A DNA stretch of 64,000 bases from Clostridiaceae bacterium (GCA_012513065.1 JAAZCX010000012.1:31938-95937); one strand, 5' to 3'. Counted from the stretch's first letter, positions 8,823 to 20,103 are shown. The notes: generated from the letters alone by a model not told the origin. Numbers and translations: made by a program.

Positions 8823-11204
8823 ATGAAAAAGAAAAACGAATTATCATACCAAGATTTGAAAGTGACTTGTAATCCAGATATCTTTAACTTTGAAGATACT
8901 TCTGAATTAGAATCTGTTAATACTGAAATTGGTCAGGAACGTGGAATAAAAGCTTTAGAATTTGGTGTAAATGTAGATACTAAAGGTTATAACTTATACT
9001 TAGAAGGTCCTGGTGGTGTTGGAAAAACTATGTATGCCAAGAATTATTTAGATAAAATTTCTAAAAAAGAAAAAGTTCCTTCTGACTGGTGTTATATTTA
9101 TAATTTTGAAAATCCAAACGAGCCTATTGCCGTTTCTTTTACTGCAGGTCAAGGAAAAGAATTTAAAGAAACTATGGATTCTTTTGTAAAAGATATTCGT
9201 AATGATATTAAATCTACTTTTAATAATGATGATTTTGAAAAAGAAAAAACTTTAATTAAACAAGTTTTTGAAGAAAAACGTGCTTCTTTATTAGATAAAT
9301 TAAATAAAGAATCTGAAAAACATGGTTTTCAAGTAAAATCTGCACAAAATGGTATTTACATGATGCCTGTAATAGATGGTAAAACTATTGAAGAAGAAGA
9401 ATTTGATAAATTAGCTCCAGAAATAAAACAACAATTTGAAGAAAAATCTCCTATTGTTCAACAACAAATAATGGAAGTAATTGGTCAAATAAAAGAAATG
9501 GAACGTGCTTCTGATAAACGATTAGAAGAATGGCAATCTAACATAGCTCTTCTTACTGTCAATTCTCATATAAATTATATTAAAGGCAAATATAAAAGAA
9601 ATAAAAAAGTAAATAAATTTTTAAATGATATTAAATTAGATATATTAAAAAACATATCTTTATTTACTGCTAAAGAAGATCCAAAACAAGCTCAAATGCA
9701 AGGTCCTAAACAAGAAATGCCAAAACCTTGGTTAAATTATAGAGTAAACTTATTTATTGATAATAGTCATTTAGAAGGCTCTCCTGTTATTATGGACTCT
9801 AACTATTCTTATCATAATATTTTTGGTAAATTAGAATACGAAAATTATTATGGATCACTAAAAACTGATTATACAATGTTAAAACCAGGTTTACTTCAAA
9901 TAGCAAATGGTGGATACATTATTTTTCAAGCTAAAGATTTATTAGCAAATGGAATTTGTTATGAGGCTTTAAAGAAAGCTTTAAGAATTAAACATCTTTC
10001 AATTGAAAACAATGTTGACCAACGTTCATCTATGGTTATGATTTCTTTAAAACCAGAACCTATTCCTTTAGATTTAAAAGTAATAATGGTTGGAAATGAT
10101 ACCATTTATCAATCTTTACTTGCTATGGATAGTGATTTTAGAAAACTATTTAAAATAAAAGTAGAATTTGAAGAAGATGCCCCTATTACTCAAGAAAACA
10201 TTAATAAATTAGCAAGATTTATCCATGGATTCTGTGAAAAAGAAGAACTTCCTCATCTAGATAAAAAAGCTGTTGCACGAATTGTTGAATATGCATCAAA
10301 ACTTTCTGGTGATAGAGATACTATATCTACACGTTTTACAGATATAGCTCAAATTATTAGTGAGGCTGCAACATGGACTAAAATGGATAAAAAGAAAATA
10401 GTTACATCTGAATATATTGATATTGCATTAAAAGAAAGAATTGAACGTGTAAAAAAATATGATAGTAAATATATGAAAATGATTAAAGATAATACTTTAT
10501 TAATTGATACTAAAGGTTCAAAAATCGGTCAAATAAATGGACTTACAGTTATGACTATTGGAGATTATACTTTTGGAAAACCAGTAAAAATAACAGCAAA
10601 TACTTATACTGGAAAAACTGGAGTTGTCAATGTTGAAAGAGAAGTTGAACTTTCTGGTTCTTCTCATTCTAAAGGTGTATTAATTTTAACTGGTTATTTA
10701 GGCGAAATGTTTGCACAAAACATTCCTCTTTCTCTTACTGCAAGTATTTGTTTTGAACAGTTATATAACGGTGTTGATGGTGATAGTGCTTCTAGTACTG
10801 AGTTATATGCAATTCTTTCAAGTTTATCTGGAATACCAATTAATCAATCTATTAGCGTTACTGGTTCTGTTAATCAAAAAGGTGAAATTCAACCTATTGG
10901 TGGCGTTAATGATAAAATAGAAGGTTTCTTCCAAATATGTAAAATGAGAGGATTAGACGGATCTCATGGTGTTATTATACCAATTCAAAACATTAAAAAT
11001 TTAAGTTTATCTCAAGAAATTGTTGATGCAGTCAAAAATAAACAATTTCATATATATGCAATTTCTACAATAGATGAAGGAATTGAAATATTAACTGGAG
11101 TACCTGCTGGAAAAAAAGATTCTAATGGTAGATTTCCATCAGGCTCTATAAATTATCTAGTACAAGAAAAATTAATAAAATATTCTAAAGTAAGTAGAGA
11201 TTAA
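8823..11204 (+). CDS. Lon-like AAA+ protease (LonB/LonC type)
   Basis: GPGGVGKT P-loop, GQINGL, VDGDSAS catalytic Ser, PIGGVNDKIEGF. Confidence 0.88.
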   Translation: MKKKNELSYQDLKVTCNPDIFNFEDTSELESVNTEIGQERGIKALEFGVNVDTKGYNLYLEGPGGVGKTMYAKNYLDKISKKEKVPSDWCYIYNFENPNEPIAVSFTAGQGKEFKETMDSFVKDIRNDIKSTFNNDDFEKEKTLIKQVFEEKRASLLDKLNKESEKHGFQVKSAQNGIYMMPVIDGKTIEEEEFDKLAPEIKQQFEEKSPIVQQQIMEVIGQIKEMERASDKRLEEWQSNIALLTVNSHINYIKGKYKRNKKVNKFLNDIKLDILKNISLFTAKEDPKQAQMQGPKQEMPKPWLNYRVNLFIDNSHLEGSPVIMDSNYSYHNIFGKLEYENYYGSLKTDYTMLKPGLLQIANGGYIIFQAKDLLANGICYEALKKALRIKHLSIENNVDQRSSMVMISLKPEPIPLDLKVIMVGNDTIYQSLLAMDSDFRKLFKIKVEFEEDAPITQENINKLARFIHGFCEKEELPHLDKKAVARIVEYASKLSGDRDTISTRFTDIAQIISEAATWTKMDKKKIVTSEYIDIALKERIERVKKYDSKYMKMIKDNTLLIDTKGSKIGQINGLTVMTIGDYTFGKPVKITANTYTGKTGVVNVEREVELSGSSHSKGVLILTGYLGEMFAQNIPLSLTASICFEQLYNGVDGDSASSTELYAILSSLSGIPINQSISVTGSVNQKGEIQPIGGVNDKIEGFFQICKMRGLDGSHGVIIPIQNIKNLSLSQEIVDAVKNKQFHIYAISTIDEGIEILTGVPAGKKDSNGRFPSGSINYLVQEKLIKYSKVSRD

Positions 11205-11226
11205 TATTGTTATATTTTATATAATT

Positions 11227-11262
11227 ACAAAAAAAGAACTAAAATAATAGTTCTTTTTTTGT
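11227..11262. terminator. Bidirectional terminator between convergent genes
   Basis: ACAAAAAAAGAACTA / TAGTTCTTTTTTTGT inverted repeat. Confidence 0.7.
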
Positions 11263-11297
11263 AGATAATTTGAAGAGCAATATAGTGTAATCTTTGT

Positions 11298-12014
11298 TTA
11301 TATAATAAAATTACAAATTAAATTCAGCATTATTAACACTATAGTTTTAATAATACAATTTAGTATCAATATATAATTAGAAGCTGGTATTCCTATTATA
11401 TTTATTTCTTCATATTTATTTATAACTTCATTTACTTCTTTAATTTCACATACTTTATTTTCTTTTATATAATTTTCCATATATTCTTTTGCTACATATT
11501 TAGCTTTAATCATAGCATCCATTTCTAAAAATGATCTAATAACATAATATATAAAACTCATTACTAAAAAGACATAAATTAAAATATTTGTATTTTTTAT
11601 TATTCCAAATCCAATAATTATCAAGCTAACTATAAAATATAATAAATATAAATTTGAATAAATAAAATTAAATAATAGTACTTTTCTATTTTGTATAGAA
11701 TGTAAACATTCATGTGCTATTGTTTGTATTCTTGTATAACTTTCTTTTATATTTCCTATATATATTTTATTAGAAATAACAACATATAAACTTGTCTTAC
11801 TTTCCTTTTCTTCTTTAATCTTTGTACTTTTATTATTTAGCATTTTTAATATAGTCTGGCATATTTCTTTGTTTTCTGGAAACTTATTTACTATATTATC
11901 TAATTTTTGATTTTTTGCAGCTTTTATTATATCTTTAATATTTATATCAAAGATATAATAAAGTAAAAATATAAGTATTATTAATACATTTAAAAAAATT
12001 ATATTTTCTAACAT
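11298..12014 (-). CDS. Membrane zinc metallopeptidase-like protein
   Basis: AHECLH (HExxH) and LEMDA motifs, several TM segments. Confidence 0.6.
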   Translation of the reverse strand: MLENIIFLNVLIILIFLLYYIFDINIKDIIKAAKNQKLDNIVNKFPENKEICQTILKMLNNKSTKIKEEKESKTSLYVVISNKIYIGNIKESYTRIQTIAHECLHSIQNRKVLLFNFIYSNLYLLYFIVSLIIIGFGIIKNTNILIYVFLVMSFIYYVIRSFLEMDAMIKAKYVAKEYMENYIKENKVCEIKEVNEVINKYEEINIIGIPASNYILILNCIIKTIVLIMLNLICNFII

Positions 12015-12085
12015 ATTTTATAATTTCTCCTTTATTTATTTTGTTATTTTGTTAAAACTTTTTTTATTTTATATTATATATAAAT

Positions 12086-12118
12086 AAAAAGTCGTAAATT
12101 ATTATTTACGACTTTTTT
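12086..12118 (-). terminator. Rho-independent terminator
   Basis: AAAAAGTCGTAAAT / ATTTACGACTTTTT. Confidence 0.7.
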
Positions 12119-12123
12119 CGACA

Positions 12124-12456
12124 TTATAACACATCTTTTACTGACTCTGCTATTATTTTATTAACATCTGCAAGCATTACATTGAATTTTACTTCTAAAT
12201 CAAAATATTCTTTTATTTCTTTATTTTCAATTAGAATTGTATACATATCTTGTAATTTTTTATTTTTTTCTTGTTCTACTTCTTTTCCTTGCATTGCTAA
12301 TACTTGTATCTCATAACGCATTTTCTCAAATTCATCAATTTTTAATTTTAATTCTGAATTTGATTCTAACATTTTTTTTGCTTCTTTATATTTTACATAT
12401 TCTTCAGATTTTTTAATTTCTGTTGCTAATTGGTTTGCTGTATCATATACATTCAT
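12124..12456 (-). CDS. YlbF/YmcA family regulator
   Basis: MNVYDTANQLATEIKKSEEY start and helical profile typical of the family. Confidence 0.75.
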   Translation of the reverse strand: MNVYDTANQLATEIKKSEEYVKYKEAKKMLESNSELKLKIDEFEKMRYEIQVLAMQGKEVEQEKNKKLQDMYTILIENKEIKEYFDLEVKFNVMLADVNKIIAESVKDVL

Positions 12457-12492
12457 ATTTTATATTCTCCTCTTTATGTATTTTAATAAATT

Positions 12493-13785
12493 TTATGCAT
12501 ATGCATGTTTTTTCTTGAAAGCTAATAAATTTGTAATCTCTGTATCTGTATTTTTTGGTCTTCTTGCTTTTTCTGCATTTTCTTGTACAATTTGATTCGC
12601 TTGACGCTCTGCCATTGTTTGGCATATTGCTTTTTGATAAGTAAAATGTGTATCTTGTGCAATTTTATTCCAGTTATATAATTCTTTTACTTTTGCTTTA
12701 GCATTTTTTGACACAGTATTTGCTAATTGGTGATCATATAATAAGCTTAAAATTGAATCTGCAATTGAATTTGAATTTCCTGCATAACTTTTCATTCCTG
12801 TTATTCCATGATCAACTATTTCGTTTAGTCCTCCTACATCTGATACTACTGTAGGTACTCCTGCTAGCATTGCTTCTAGTGCTACTATTCCAAATGGTTC
12901 ATAAGTACTTGGAAATACTGCAATATCAGCACATTTATACATTTTTTGTACTTGTTTTGAATTCAAATATCCAGTAAAGTAAACTTTATTTTCTATATTC
13001 ATTGCTTTTACTTGTGCTTTTAATTCGTCAATCATTCCACCTTTTCCTGCAATAATTAATTTTGCATCATTGTAACCATTTAATATTTTTGGCATTGATG
13101 AAATTAAATGTTGAATTCCTTTTTCATATACAAGTCTTCCCACATATAAAATTATTTTTTCATTATCTAATGCATATTGTCTTCTAAATTCATAATCTCT
13201 TTCAATTCCATTAAAGTTTGTTAAATTTATTCCATTTGGAACTACATTTATTTTATCAAAAGGTAATCCAAATAGTCCTTGAATATGCCCTTTCATAAAA
13301 TTACTATTAACTATAACTTCTGTTGCTTCATAAGTAAGCATCCATTCTGTATCATTTATATATCTTTGTGTTTCATCATGAATTCCACTATTTCTACCAG
13401 ATTCTGTAGCATGTATTGTTGCTACAATTGGTATGTTATATGCATGTTTTAATGTTTTTGCACTATTTGCTACTAACCAATCATGTGCATGTATTACATC
13501 AAAGTTACCTTCTTTATTAATTATTTCTGATGCTTTTTCAACCATATTAAAGTTTAATTGCATTATCCATTCAATAAAATTGTTTGGTCTTATATTGTAA
13601 TTATCTACTCTATATACTTTAACTCCTTTATCGTTTTCAAAATAAGGGGTATCACCATCACGATATGTTACTACTGTAACATCGTGACCATCCTTTATCA
13701 TTCTTTTTGATAAGTCGTGTACAACTCTAGCAATTCCTCCTACTATTCTTGGTGGATATTCCCATGTTAGCATTAATATTTTCAT
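12493..13785 (-). CDS. GT4 glycosyltransferase (glycogen-synthase-like)
   Basis: MKILMLTWEYPPRIVGG, IHAHDW, EPFGIVALEAM; start placed at ATG 13785. Confidence 0.88.
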   Translation of the reverse strand: MKILMLTWEYPPRIVGGIARVVHDLSKRMIKDGHDVTVVTYRDGDTPYFENDKGVKVYRVDNYNIRPNNFIEWIMQLNFNMVEKASEIINKEGNFDVIHAHDWLVANSAKTLKHAYNIPIVATIHATESGRNSGIHDETQRYINDTEWMLTYEATEVIVNSNFMKGHIQGLFGLPFDKINVVPNGINLTNFNGIERDYEFRRQYALDNEKIILYVGRLVYEKGIQHLISSMPKILNGYNDAKLIIAGKGGMIDELKAQVKAMNIENKVYFTGYLNSKQVQKMYKCADIAVFPSTYEPFGIVALEAMLAGVPTVVSDVGGLNEIVDHGITGMKSYAGNSNSIADSILSLLYDHQLANTVSKNAKAKVKELYNWNKIAQDTHFTYQKAICQTMAERQANQIVQENAEKARRPKNTDTEITNLLAFKKKHAYA

Positions 13786-14164
13786 TGATATTAAGGCCCC
13801 TTTCTTTCTAATTTTCTTTTGTTTTTCTTTTGTTTTTCTTTTTAATATTCTATACAACATTTTGATAAAAGTAAACATTTTTTGATAAAATATTTTATTT
13901 TTTTCATTAAATTTCAAATTTTTAGGTTATAAATCATATTTAATTTATAACCTATTTTTTCTCCATTTATATATTTAATATTACATTTTACATGTTTTTC
14001 TTATAAAGAATAACATATTTGGTAAATATATACAATTATTTTTTTATTACATTTATGTAACAAAATTGTAATAATATTTATGTGTTGTTAGACTTGAATT
14101 TATTTTCTTTTTGATATAGTATATATAAAGATAATTATGTGTATTTTACTAAGGAGGAAATTTC

Positions 14165-15022
14165 ATGCCAAGAAAAGCAAAAGAAGAAGAAATAATATTA
14201 GATAAAAAAATAGAAAAAAAGAAAACTACTACGTCAAAAGAGACTAGTAGCAAGAAAAATACAAATAATTCTAAAAAATCTACTTCAAAATCAACAAAAG
14301 TAGGTTCTAAAAGTGTTACTTCAAAAACTTCTAATAAAAAATCTCCTGTAAAATCAACAAAAAAAGTAAATACAAAAACTGAAAAAATAACAAAAAAAGC
14401 AACTAAAAAAGTTGCTAATAAAAAAATAGAAATTGTAGAGTATTATGATTTACCTTATCGTTATAATCAAACAGTTGTTAAAGTACTTGCCCAAACTCCT
14501 ACTACCCTTTTTGTGTATTGGGATATTTCAGATGAAGATAAAAATAAATATATAGAACAATATGGAGAATATTTCTTTAATAATACAAAACCGGTTTTAA
14601 AAGTTTACAATATTACAAAAGGATATGATTTCGAAGTCGCTATTAATGACTTTTCTAATAGTTGGTACTTATCTGTTTCTGATAGTAATTGTGATTATAA
14701 AATAGAACTTGCTAGACGTCCTATTAACCAATATGTAAGTATTAATAATGATTATTTGTATATTGCTTCATCAAATGAAATAGACTCTCCAAATGATCAT
14801 ATTTTATTTGATGAACTTTCAAAATTTGTATATTTTAAAAATGTAAAAAACAATAAAATTGAAAAAAAGGATATTACAAATTTATTTTTACTTAAAAAAA
14901 TAAATAAATTATATTCTATCCAAAACTTTTATAAAGAATTATATCCAGAGGAAGCAATTAATATAGATAGATTAGATTTAAAAAATCCATCTTCTAATAA
15001 TCCTACCTCTAGTTTTAAATAA
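14165..15022 (+). CDS. DUF4912-domain protein with Lys/Thr/Ser-rich N-terminus
   Basis: LPYRYNQT, AQTPTTLFVYWDI, SWY motifs; directly upstream of GH57 gene. Confidence 0.72.
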   Translation: MPRKAKEEEIILDKKIEKKKTTTSKETSSKKNTNNSKKSTSKSTKVGSKSVTSKTSNKKSPVKSTKKVNTKTEKITKKATKKVANKKIEIVEYYDLPYRYNQTVVKVLAQTPTTLFVYWDISDEDKNKYIEQYGEYFFNNTKPVLKVYNITKGYDFEVAINDFSNSWYLSVSDSNCDYKIELARRPINQYVSINNDYLYIASSNEIDSPNDHILFDELSKFVYFKNVKNNKIEKKDITNLFLLKKINKLYSIQNFYKELYPEEAINIDRLDLKNPSSNNPTSSFK

Positions 15023-15042
15023 ATCAACAAAGGAGAATTTTA

Positions 15043-16635
15043 ATGAATGAGCCAAAAGGATATGTGAGCTTTGTGCTTCATGCACATTTACCATTTATTC
15101 ACCATCCAGAAAGTGAAAATTATTTAGAAGAGCAATGGCTTTTTGAAGCTATTTCAGAAACTTATATTCCTCTTTTATTAAATTTTCAAAAATTAGTGGA
15201 AGAAAAAGTAGACTTTCGTATTACTATGTCTATGACTCCTCCACTTTTAAATATGTTGGATAATAAATTATTACAACAAAAATATATTAAATATTTAAAA
15301 AAACATATAGAACTTGCTAAAAAAGAGACTACAAGAACTACATATGATTCTCATTTAAATAGTCTTTCTCATTATTATTTAGATCGTTATACTAATGATT
15401 TACATGTTTTTCATGATATTTACAATGATAATATAATACAAGGTTTTAAACATTTTCAAGATATTGGTGTTTTAGAAATAATTACTTGTGGTGCAACTCA
15501 TGGATACTTTCCTATATTATATATAACAGAACAAACTGTTAAAGCACAAATTGCAGTAGGTGTACAAACTTATGAAAAATACTTTGATAAAAAACCTCGT
15601 GGTATTTGGCTTCCTGAATGTGGATATGTTCCAGAAGCAGATAAATATCTTAAAGAATTTGGTATTGAATATATAATTACAGAATCTCATGGTATTTTAT
15701 ATGCAGACCCTACTCCTATATATGGTACTTTCTCTCCTATAGTTTCAAAAGAAGGCATCATAGCTTTTGGACGTGATATGGAATCTTCTAGACAAGTTTG
15801 GAGTTCCATTAATGGATATCCTGGAGATTTTAATTATCGCGAATTTTATAGAGATGTTGGATATGATGCTGATTATGATTATATTAAGCCTTATATTGCT
15901 CATAATGGTGTTAGAGTTCATACTGGTATTAAATATCATAGAATTACAGGAAAAGACTGTGAAAAAGATTATTACCATATTGATTGGGCAAAAGATTCAG
16001 CTGAAAAACAAGCAGGACACTTTTTAGATTCTAGAATAAAACAAGTTGATACAATTTCTAAATATATGGATGAAAAACCGCCTATTATTTTATGCCCTTA
16101 TGATGCTGAATTATATGGACATTGGTGGTATGAAGGCCCTTATTGGTTATATATATTATTTAAAAAAATTAATTTCGACCAAAAAAATATAAAATTAATT
16201 ACCCCTGGAGAATATATTGATAAATATCCAGAAATACAAGTGTGCACACCTTGTCGTTCTAGTTGGGGTGCTAATGGGTATAGTGAAGTATGGTTAAATG
16301 AAACAAATGATGATGTTCACCGCCATTTACATGTAGCTGGTGATAAAATGGTAGAATTAGCTCATTTATATGAAAATGAACAAGATACATTAAAAGTTTC
16401 ACTTCTAAACCAATGTGCAAGAGAATTACTACTTGCACAAAGTAGCGATTGGTTGTTTATAATTACAAATGGAACTATGGTAGATTATGCTAAAAAACGT
16501 ATTAAGGATCATATAGGACGTTTTACAAGATTATATGAAGAAATAAAAAAAGATAAAATTGATGAAAGTTTTCTAAAAAATATAGAAGAAAAAGATTGTA
16601 TATTCCCTGAAATAGATTATAAAATATATTTATAA
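15043..16635 (+). CDS. GH57 family 1,4-alpha-glucan branching enzyme
   Basis: LHAHLP, WLFEAISETYIP, GIWLPEC, PYDAELYGHWWYEG, AQSSDW motifs. Confidence 0.9.
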   Translation: MNEPKGYVSFVLHAHLPFIHHPESENYLEEQWLFEAISETYIPLLLNFQKLVEEKVDFRITMSMTPPLLNMLDNKLLQQKYIKYLKKHIELAKKETTRTTYDSHLNSLSHYYLDRYTNDLHVFHDIYNDNIIQGFKHFQDIGVLEIITCGATHGYFPILYITEQTVKAQIAVGVQTYEKYFDKKPRGIWLPECGYVPEADKYLKEFGIEYIITESHGILYADPTPIYGTFSPIVSKEGIIAFGRDMESSRQVWSSINGYPGDFNYREFYRDVGYDADYDYIKPYIAHNGVRVHTGIKYHRITGKDCEKDYYHIDWAKDSAEKQAGHFLDSRIKQVDTISKYMDEKPPIILCPYDAELYGHWWYEGPYWLYILFKKINFDQKNIKLITPGEYIDKYPEIQVCTPCRSSWGANGYSEVWLNETNDDVHRHLHVAGDKMVELAHLYENEQDTLKVSLLNQCARELLLAQSSDWLFIITNGTMVDYAKKRIKDHIGRFTRLYEEIKKDKIDESFLKNIEEKDCIFPEIDYKIYL

Positions 16636-16738
16636 ATCAAGTTACCAAAAGACCCCTTTCTGAATAAAATATGTATATCTAAATTCATTTTAGTAGATAA
16701 TAAATACATATATTATGCAGAGAGGGGATTTTTTCATA

Positions 16739-17611
16739 ATGAAATCTTTTTGTTTAAAAACAAATAATCAAGAAATAATTAATTACCTACTAAAAAGATT
16801 AGAAAATTCTTCAATAGAAGATATTTATTTTATAAATAAGAAATTTAAATGTTATCAAAATGTAATTGTTCATTATAAAGGTACAAATTTGTATTCTTTT
16901 TTAGGAATTTTATCTGATATATTAACTGATTGTATTTTATTATTTTTTGAACCAATTTTAATAAAAAGAATTATAACTTGTGAATATTTTTATTTTGATG
17001 AATTAGAAAAAAAACTTATTGAAAATAATTGTTATGAATATATTTTATCTGAAGAAAATTCTACTTTAAAATATAGAAAAAATGAAATATGGACATCTGT
17101 AATATCTTATATAAATGAAAATAAATCTGTAATAATAGATGGATTTGTTAGTTTTCGATTAGAAAACTATTCGAAAACTTTAGATGAAATAGTAGACTTT
17201 TGCGTTAAGGAATATGTTATTGAAAAAGAATATAACGAATTTATAAATTTACTTCAAATATATATAAATTCAAAACAACCTATTTCATCTTTAATACATT
17301 TAGTATATACAAATGGTGAATCTATTCTTTTAGATGAAAATAAAAATATAATAAATTTACAAAATTCTAATTTTGATGCAAAATATCTTTCTGATATTTC
17401 ATTTTCATCAAACGATTATGCTTTAAACGCGTTACTTACTCTACTTCCTAAGAAAATAGAACTTCATTTAATAAGTTACAGCGATGAATTTGTGGATACT
17501 TTAAAATTAATTTTTGGTGATAAGTTATCTATCTGCACAGATTGTAATATCTGTAGAACTTATCGAGTTTTAAATAATGTGAATCTAAAAAATATTCTAG
17601 ATACAAATTAA
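16739..17611 (+). CDS. ytxC: Putative sporulation protein YtxC family
   Basis: IDGFVSFRL, EKEYNEFINLL and C-terminal CTDCNIC motifs. Confidence 0.72.
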   Translation: MKSFCLKTNNQEIINYLLKRLENSSIEDIYFINKKFKCYQNVIVHYKGTNLYSFLGILSDILTDCILLFFEPILIKRIITCEYFYFDELEKKLIENNCYEYILSEENSTLKYRKNEIWTSVISYINENKSVIIDGFVSFRLENYSKTLDEIVDFCVKEYVIEKEYNEFINLLQIYINSKQPISSLIHLVYTNGESILLDENKNIINLQNSNFDAKYLSDISFSSNDYALNALLTLLPKKIELHLISYSDEFVDTLKLIFGDKLSICTDCNICRTYRVLNNVNLKNILDTN

Positions 17612-17671
17612 TATTATAAAATAAAATTTAAATTACTTGTACCTAGAATATTTTTAATATTTTTGAATGTT

Positions 17672-18022
17672 TTAAATATTATCTAATCCTCCATCTATTT
17701 CGTATAATTTCGTATATCTAACTTTTTTTAATATTTCAACTGCTTTTTTACTTCTTTTCCCTGTTTGACAATATACAATTATTACATTGTTTTTATTGTT
17801 TGTAATTTGACTATTATTTTTTTCTAAATCATATAATGGTATATTAATACTTCCATTTATATGCCATTCTTTATATTCTTGTGGACTTCTTACATCTACT
17901 AATACTGATTCTTTATCATTTTTAAATATAGACATAGCATTTTCATAATCTATATTATTTTCTTCTTGATTTCTATATTTTCTAAATATATTTTGTATTG
18001 TCTCATATATATTAATCTTCAT
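17672..18022 (-). CDS. Rhodanese-like domain protein
   Basis: LVDVRSPQEY, HINGSINIP, YCQTGKRS. Confidence 0.85.
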   Translation of the reverse strand: MKINIYETIQNIFRKYRNQEENNIDYENAMSIFKNDKESVLVDVRSPQEYKEWHINGSINIPLYDLEKNNSQITNNKNNVIIVYCQTGKRSKKAVEILKKVRYTKLYEIDGGLDNI

Positions 18023-18101
18023 TTTTATATCACTCCTTATTTTATTATGCAAAAAAAATAGACATCTTATTCTATATTCTATGAAAGATGTCTATTTTTT
18101 G

Positions 18102-18767
18102 TTATTTATCTTTTTCTATTTTTATATTTTGTTTTTCTAATTTATATAAAGTAACAATTGTTGTTATTAAATATAATAAAATTGATATTGGAATTGTAAT
18201 TCTATTTATTGGTAATCTAGTAATTGAAATTATAGCAAAATATAATAATTGTACTATAACAGTAATACTAAAAAATATTAACATTTCTTTTATTATTTTT
18301 ACATTTCTACCACTTTTCTTATATATTAATAAATATACAAATAAATAAATTTCAATTACAAAAAATGATATAATTGTTGGCCATACATATGGTTTTATCA
18401 AATCTCTACCTTTTACATTTGAAACATCTGTAACTAATAGACTTTCTTTAGTATTTTCTAGTTGATACTTTTCATTTATCTTTGTGTTTAGTTGTTCTAA
18501 TTGTTCATCTGATATATTTTCTACAGTTATTGATACCATATCTTCATATAGTTCTACTTTTTTTATAATTACTTTTTCTTTTCCTATTACTTCTTTTACA
18601 ATATTCTCTATATCTTTATTTTCAAATTCTTGTCCTATATATATGTCTATTTCTTTATGTTGTTTATATATTAAATCAAAATTTAATCCAAATATAAAAG
18701 TAGTTATTATTCCTGCTATTACTATAAGAGTAATTATAATTGCAACTATTCTTGTTTTTTTATCCAT
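18102..18767 (-). CDS. Divergent, shortened SecF-like membrane protein
   Basis: N-terminal TM followed by degenerate GLNF motif, extracytoplasmic domain, about 3 more TMs; downstream of SecD-like gene. Confidence 0.5.
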   Translation of the reverse strand: MDKKTRIVAIIITLIVIAGIITTFIFGLNFDLIYKQHKEIDIYIGQEFENKDIENIVKEVIGKEKVIIKKVELYEDMVSITVENISDEQLEQLNTKINEKYQLENTKESLLVTDVSNVKGRDLIKPYVWPTIISFFVIEIYLFVYLLIYKKSGRNVKIIKEMLIFFSITVIVQLLYFAIISITRLPINRITIPISILLYLITTIVTLYKLEKQNIKIEKDK

Positions 18768-18786
18768 TATTAATTTCTCCTTTTCC

Positions 18787-20103
18787 CTATTTTAACATTA
18801 AGTTTGATATACTTAAATTATATAATACACTTATTAAAATACCCCAAACTAGTACTGGTCCAAATGTTATATTAAAAAATGTAAATACAATTGATATAAT
18901 TAAAGCAGGTATACATATTAATGTATATTTTTTTATTACTTTCATAATTTCATTTTCTTTTAACATATTATAAATACTAATATATTGTAATACTACACAA
19001 AGTGCTATTGCTATTAGTGCTTCAATTGAAATTTCTACATTAAAATATCTTAATGCTATTAATACAATTGCTACATATCCTATTAATAATAAACTTCCAT
19101 ATATTCCTTTTTCTTTATATTTTATTATCAAGTATAACATTCCAATTGCTGCTAAAACAATTGCTACAATTATTGCTATTTGTATTTGATTTATTGTAAT
19201 ATCACTTACAATATATTTATTTTGTTCAACTTCATATACTATTGGCATTTTTCCTGAATTCAATAATGAAGCTACATCATTTGCTTGTACTATATATTCT
19301 TTTAATTCTTCTGTTGTTGAATTTCCTGAAGATCCCATTGTTAACTGTAATATTCCATTTGTAATTTCTTTGTCAAAATATGTTGTAAGTATAGTACTAT
19401 CATCTATTTTTAGTGTAACTTGTTTCATATTTTGTTCTTCTTCATTATTTTCATTAGTAACTGTTGTTTTAATATAAGTATTGCTAATATTTCTAAACTT
19501 TTCTGTTCCCTCTTTATTAAATTCAATATTTAAACATACAGCTGTAGTTCCAGTTCCGGTATTTCCATAACCGCTTTTTACTATTTTAATATCTTCATTT
19601 GTAATTAACACTTCTTGTGTATCATTATCTACAATTTCAAATTTTCCTTGTAAATATATATTTCCTACAGCCTTATCTGTGTTATCATTTTCTGGTATTT
19701 CTAAAACTATATTTCCATTATCTTTATTTTGTTTAATTATATAGTTTGATACTTGCATTAAATTTAATCTATTTTCTATTATTTCTTTTGTTCTTTCGAA
19801 ATTATCTTTATTTAATGCTTCATCACTATTTATTTTTTCTTCTACTGTTTTTGCTACTTCTTTAGTTGAGTTTTCTTCAGTTATTTTTATTCCATCTGCA
19901 TCATATGATATAGTTTGTGTTTCTTTATTTGGAACCATTTCAACTTTTCTATATCCTTTAAAATCTTTTCCTAGTAAATATTCTGGTAAAACATTTTCTA
20001 AACTATTTTTATTTTTTATATATATGCCTCCAAAAGATATCATTGATATTAAAATTATTAATGCTATTATTAAAATTATTTTTAATTTTTTATTTTGTTT
20101 CAT
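18787..20103 (-). CDS. Divergent SecD-like membrane protein
   Basis: LGKDFKG (cf. LGLDLKG), IIENRLN, IVLEIP, FNKEGTEKF, LLNSGKMP, C-terminal TMs. Confidence 0.6.
   Translation of the reverse strand: MKQNKKLKIILIIALIILISMISFGGIYIKNKNSLENVLPEYLLGKDFKGYRKVEMVPNKETQTISYDADGIKITEENSTKEVAKTVEEKINSDEALNKDNFERTKEIIENRLNLMQVSNYIIKQNKDNGNIVLEIPENDNTDKAVGNIYLQGKFEIVDNDTQEVLITNEDIKIVKSGYGNTGTGTTAVCLNIEFNKEGTEKFRNISNTYIKTTVTNENNEEEQNMKQVTLKIDDSTILTTYFDKEITNGILQLTMGSSGNSTTEELKEYIVQANDVASLLNSGKMPIVYEVEQNKYIVSDITINQIQIAIIVAIVLAAIGMLYLIIKYKEKGIYGSLLLIGYVAIVLIALRYFNVEISIEALIAIALCVVLQYISIYNMLKENEIMKVIKKYTLICIPALIISIVFTFFNITFGPVLVWGILISVLYNLSISNLMLK

Noticed and set aside
17711..17730. Rhodanese KKVRY in place of the usual KKLGY as a recoding site
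   Set aside because: The frame stays open with an intact C-terminus and there is no CGG; at most a substitution or compensated indel.
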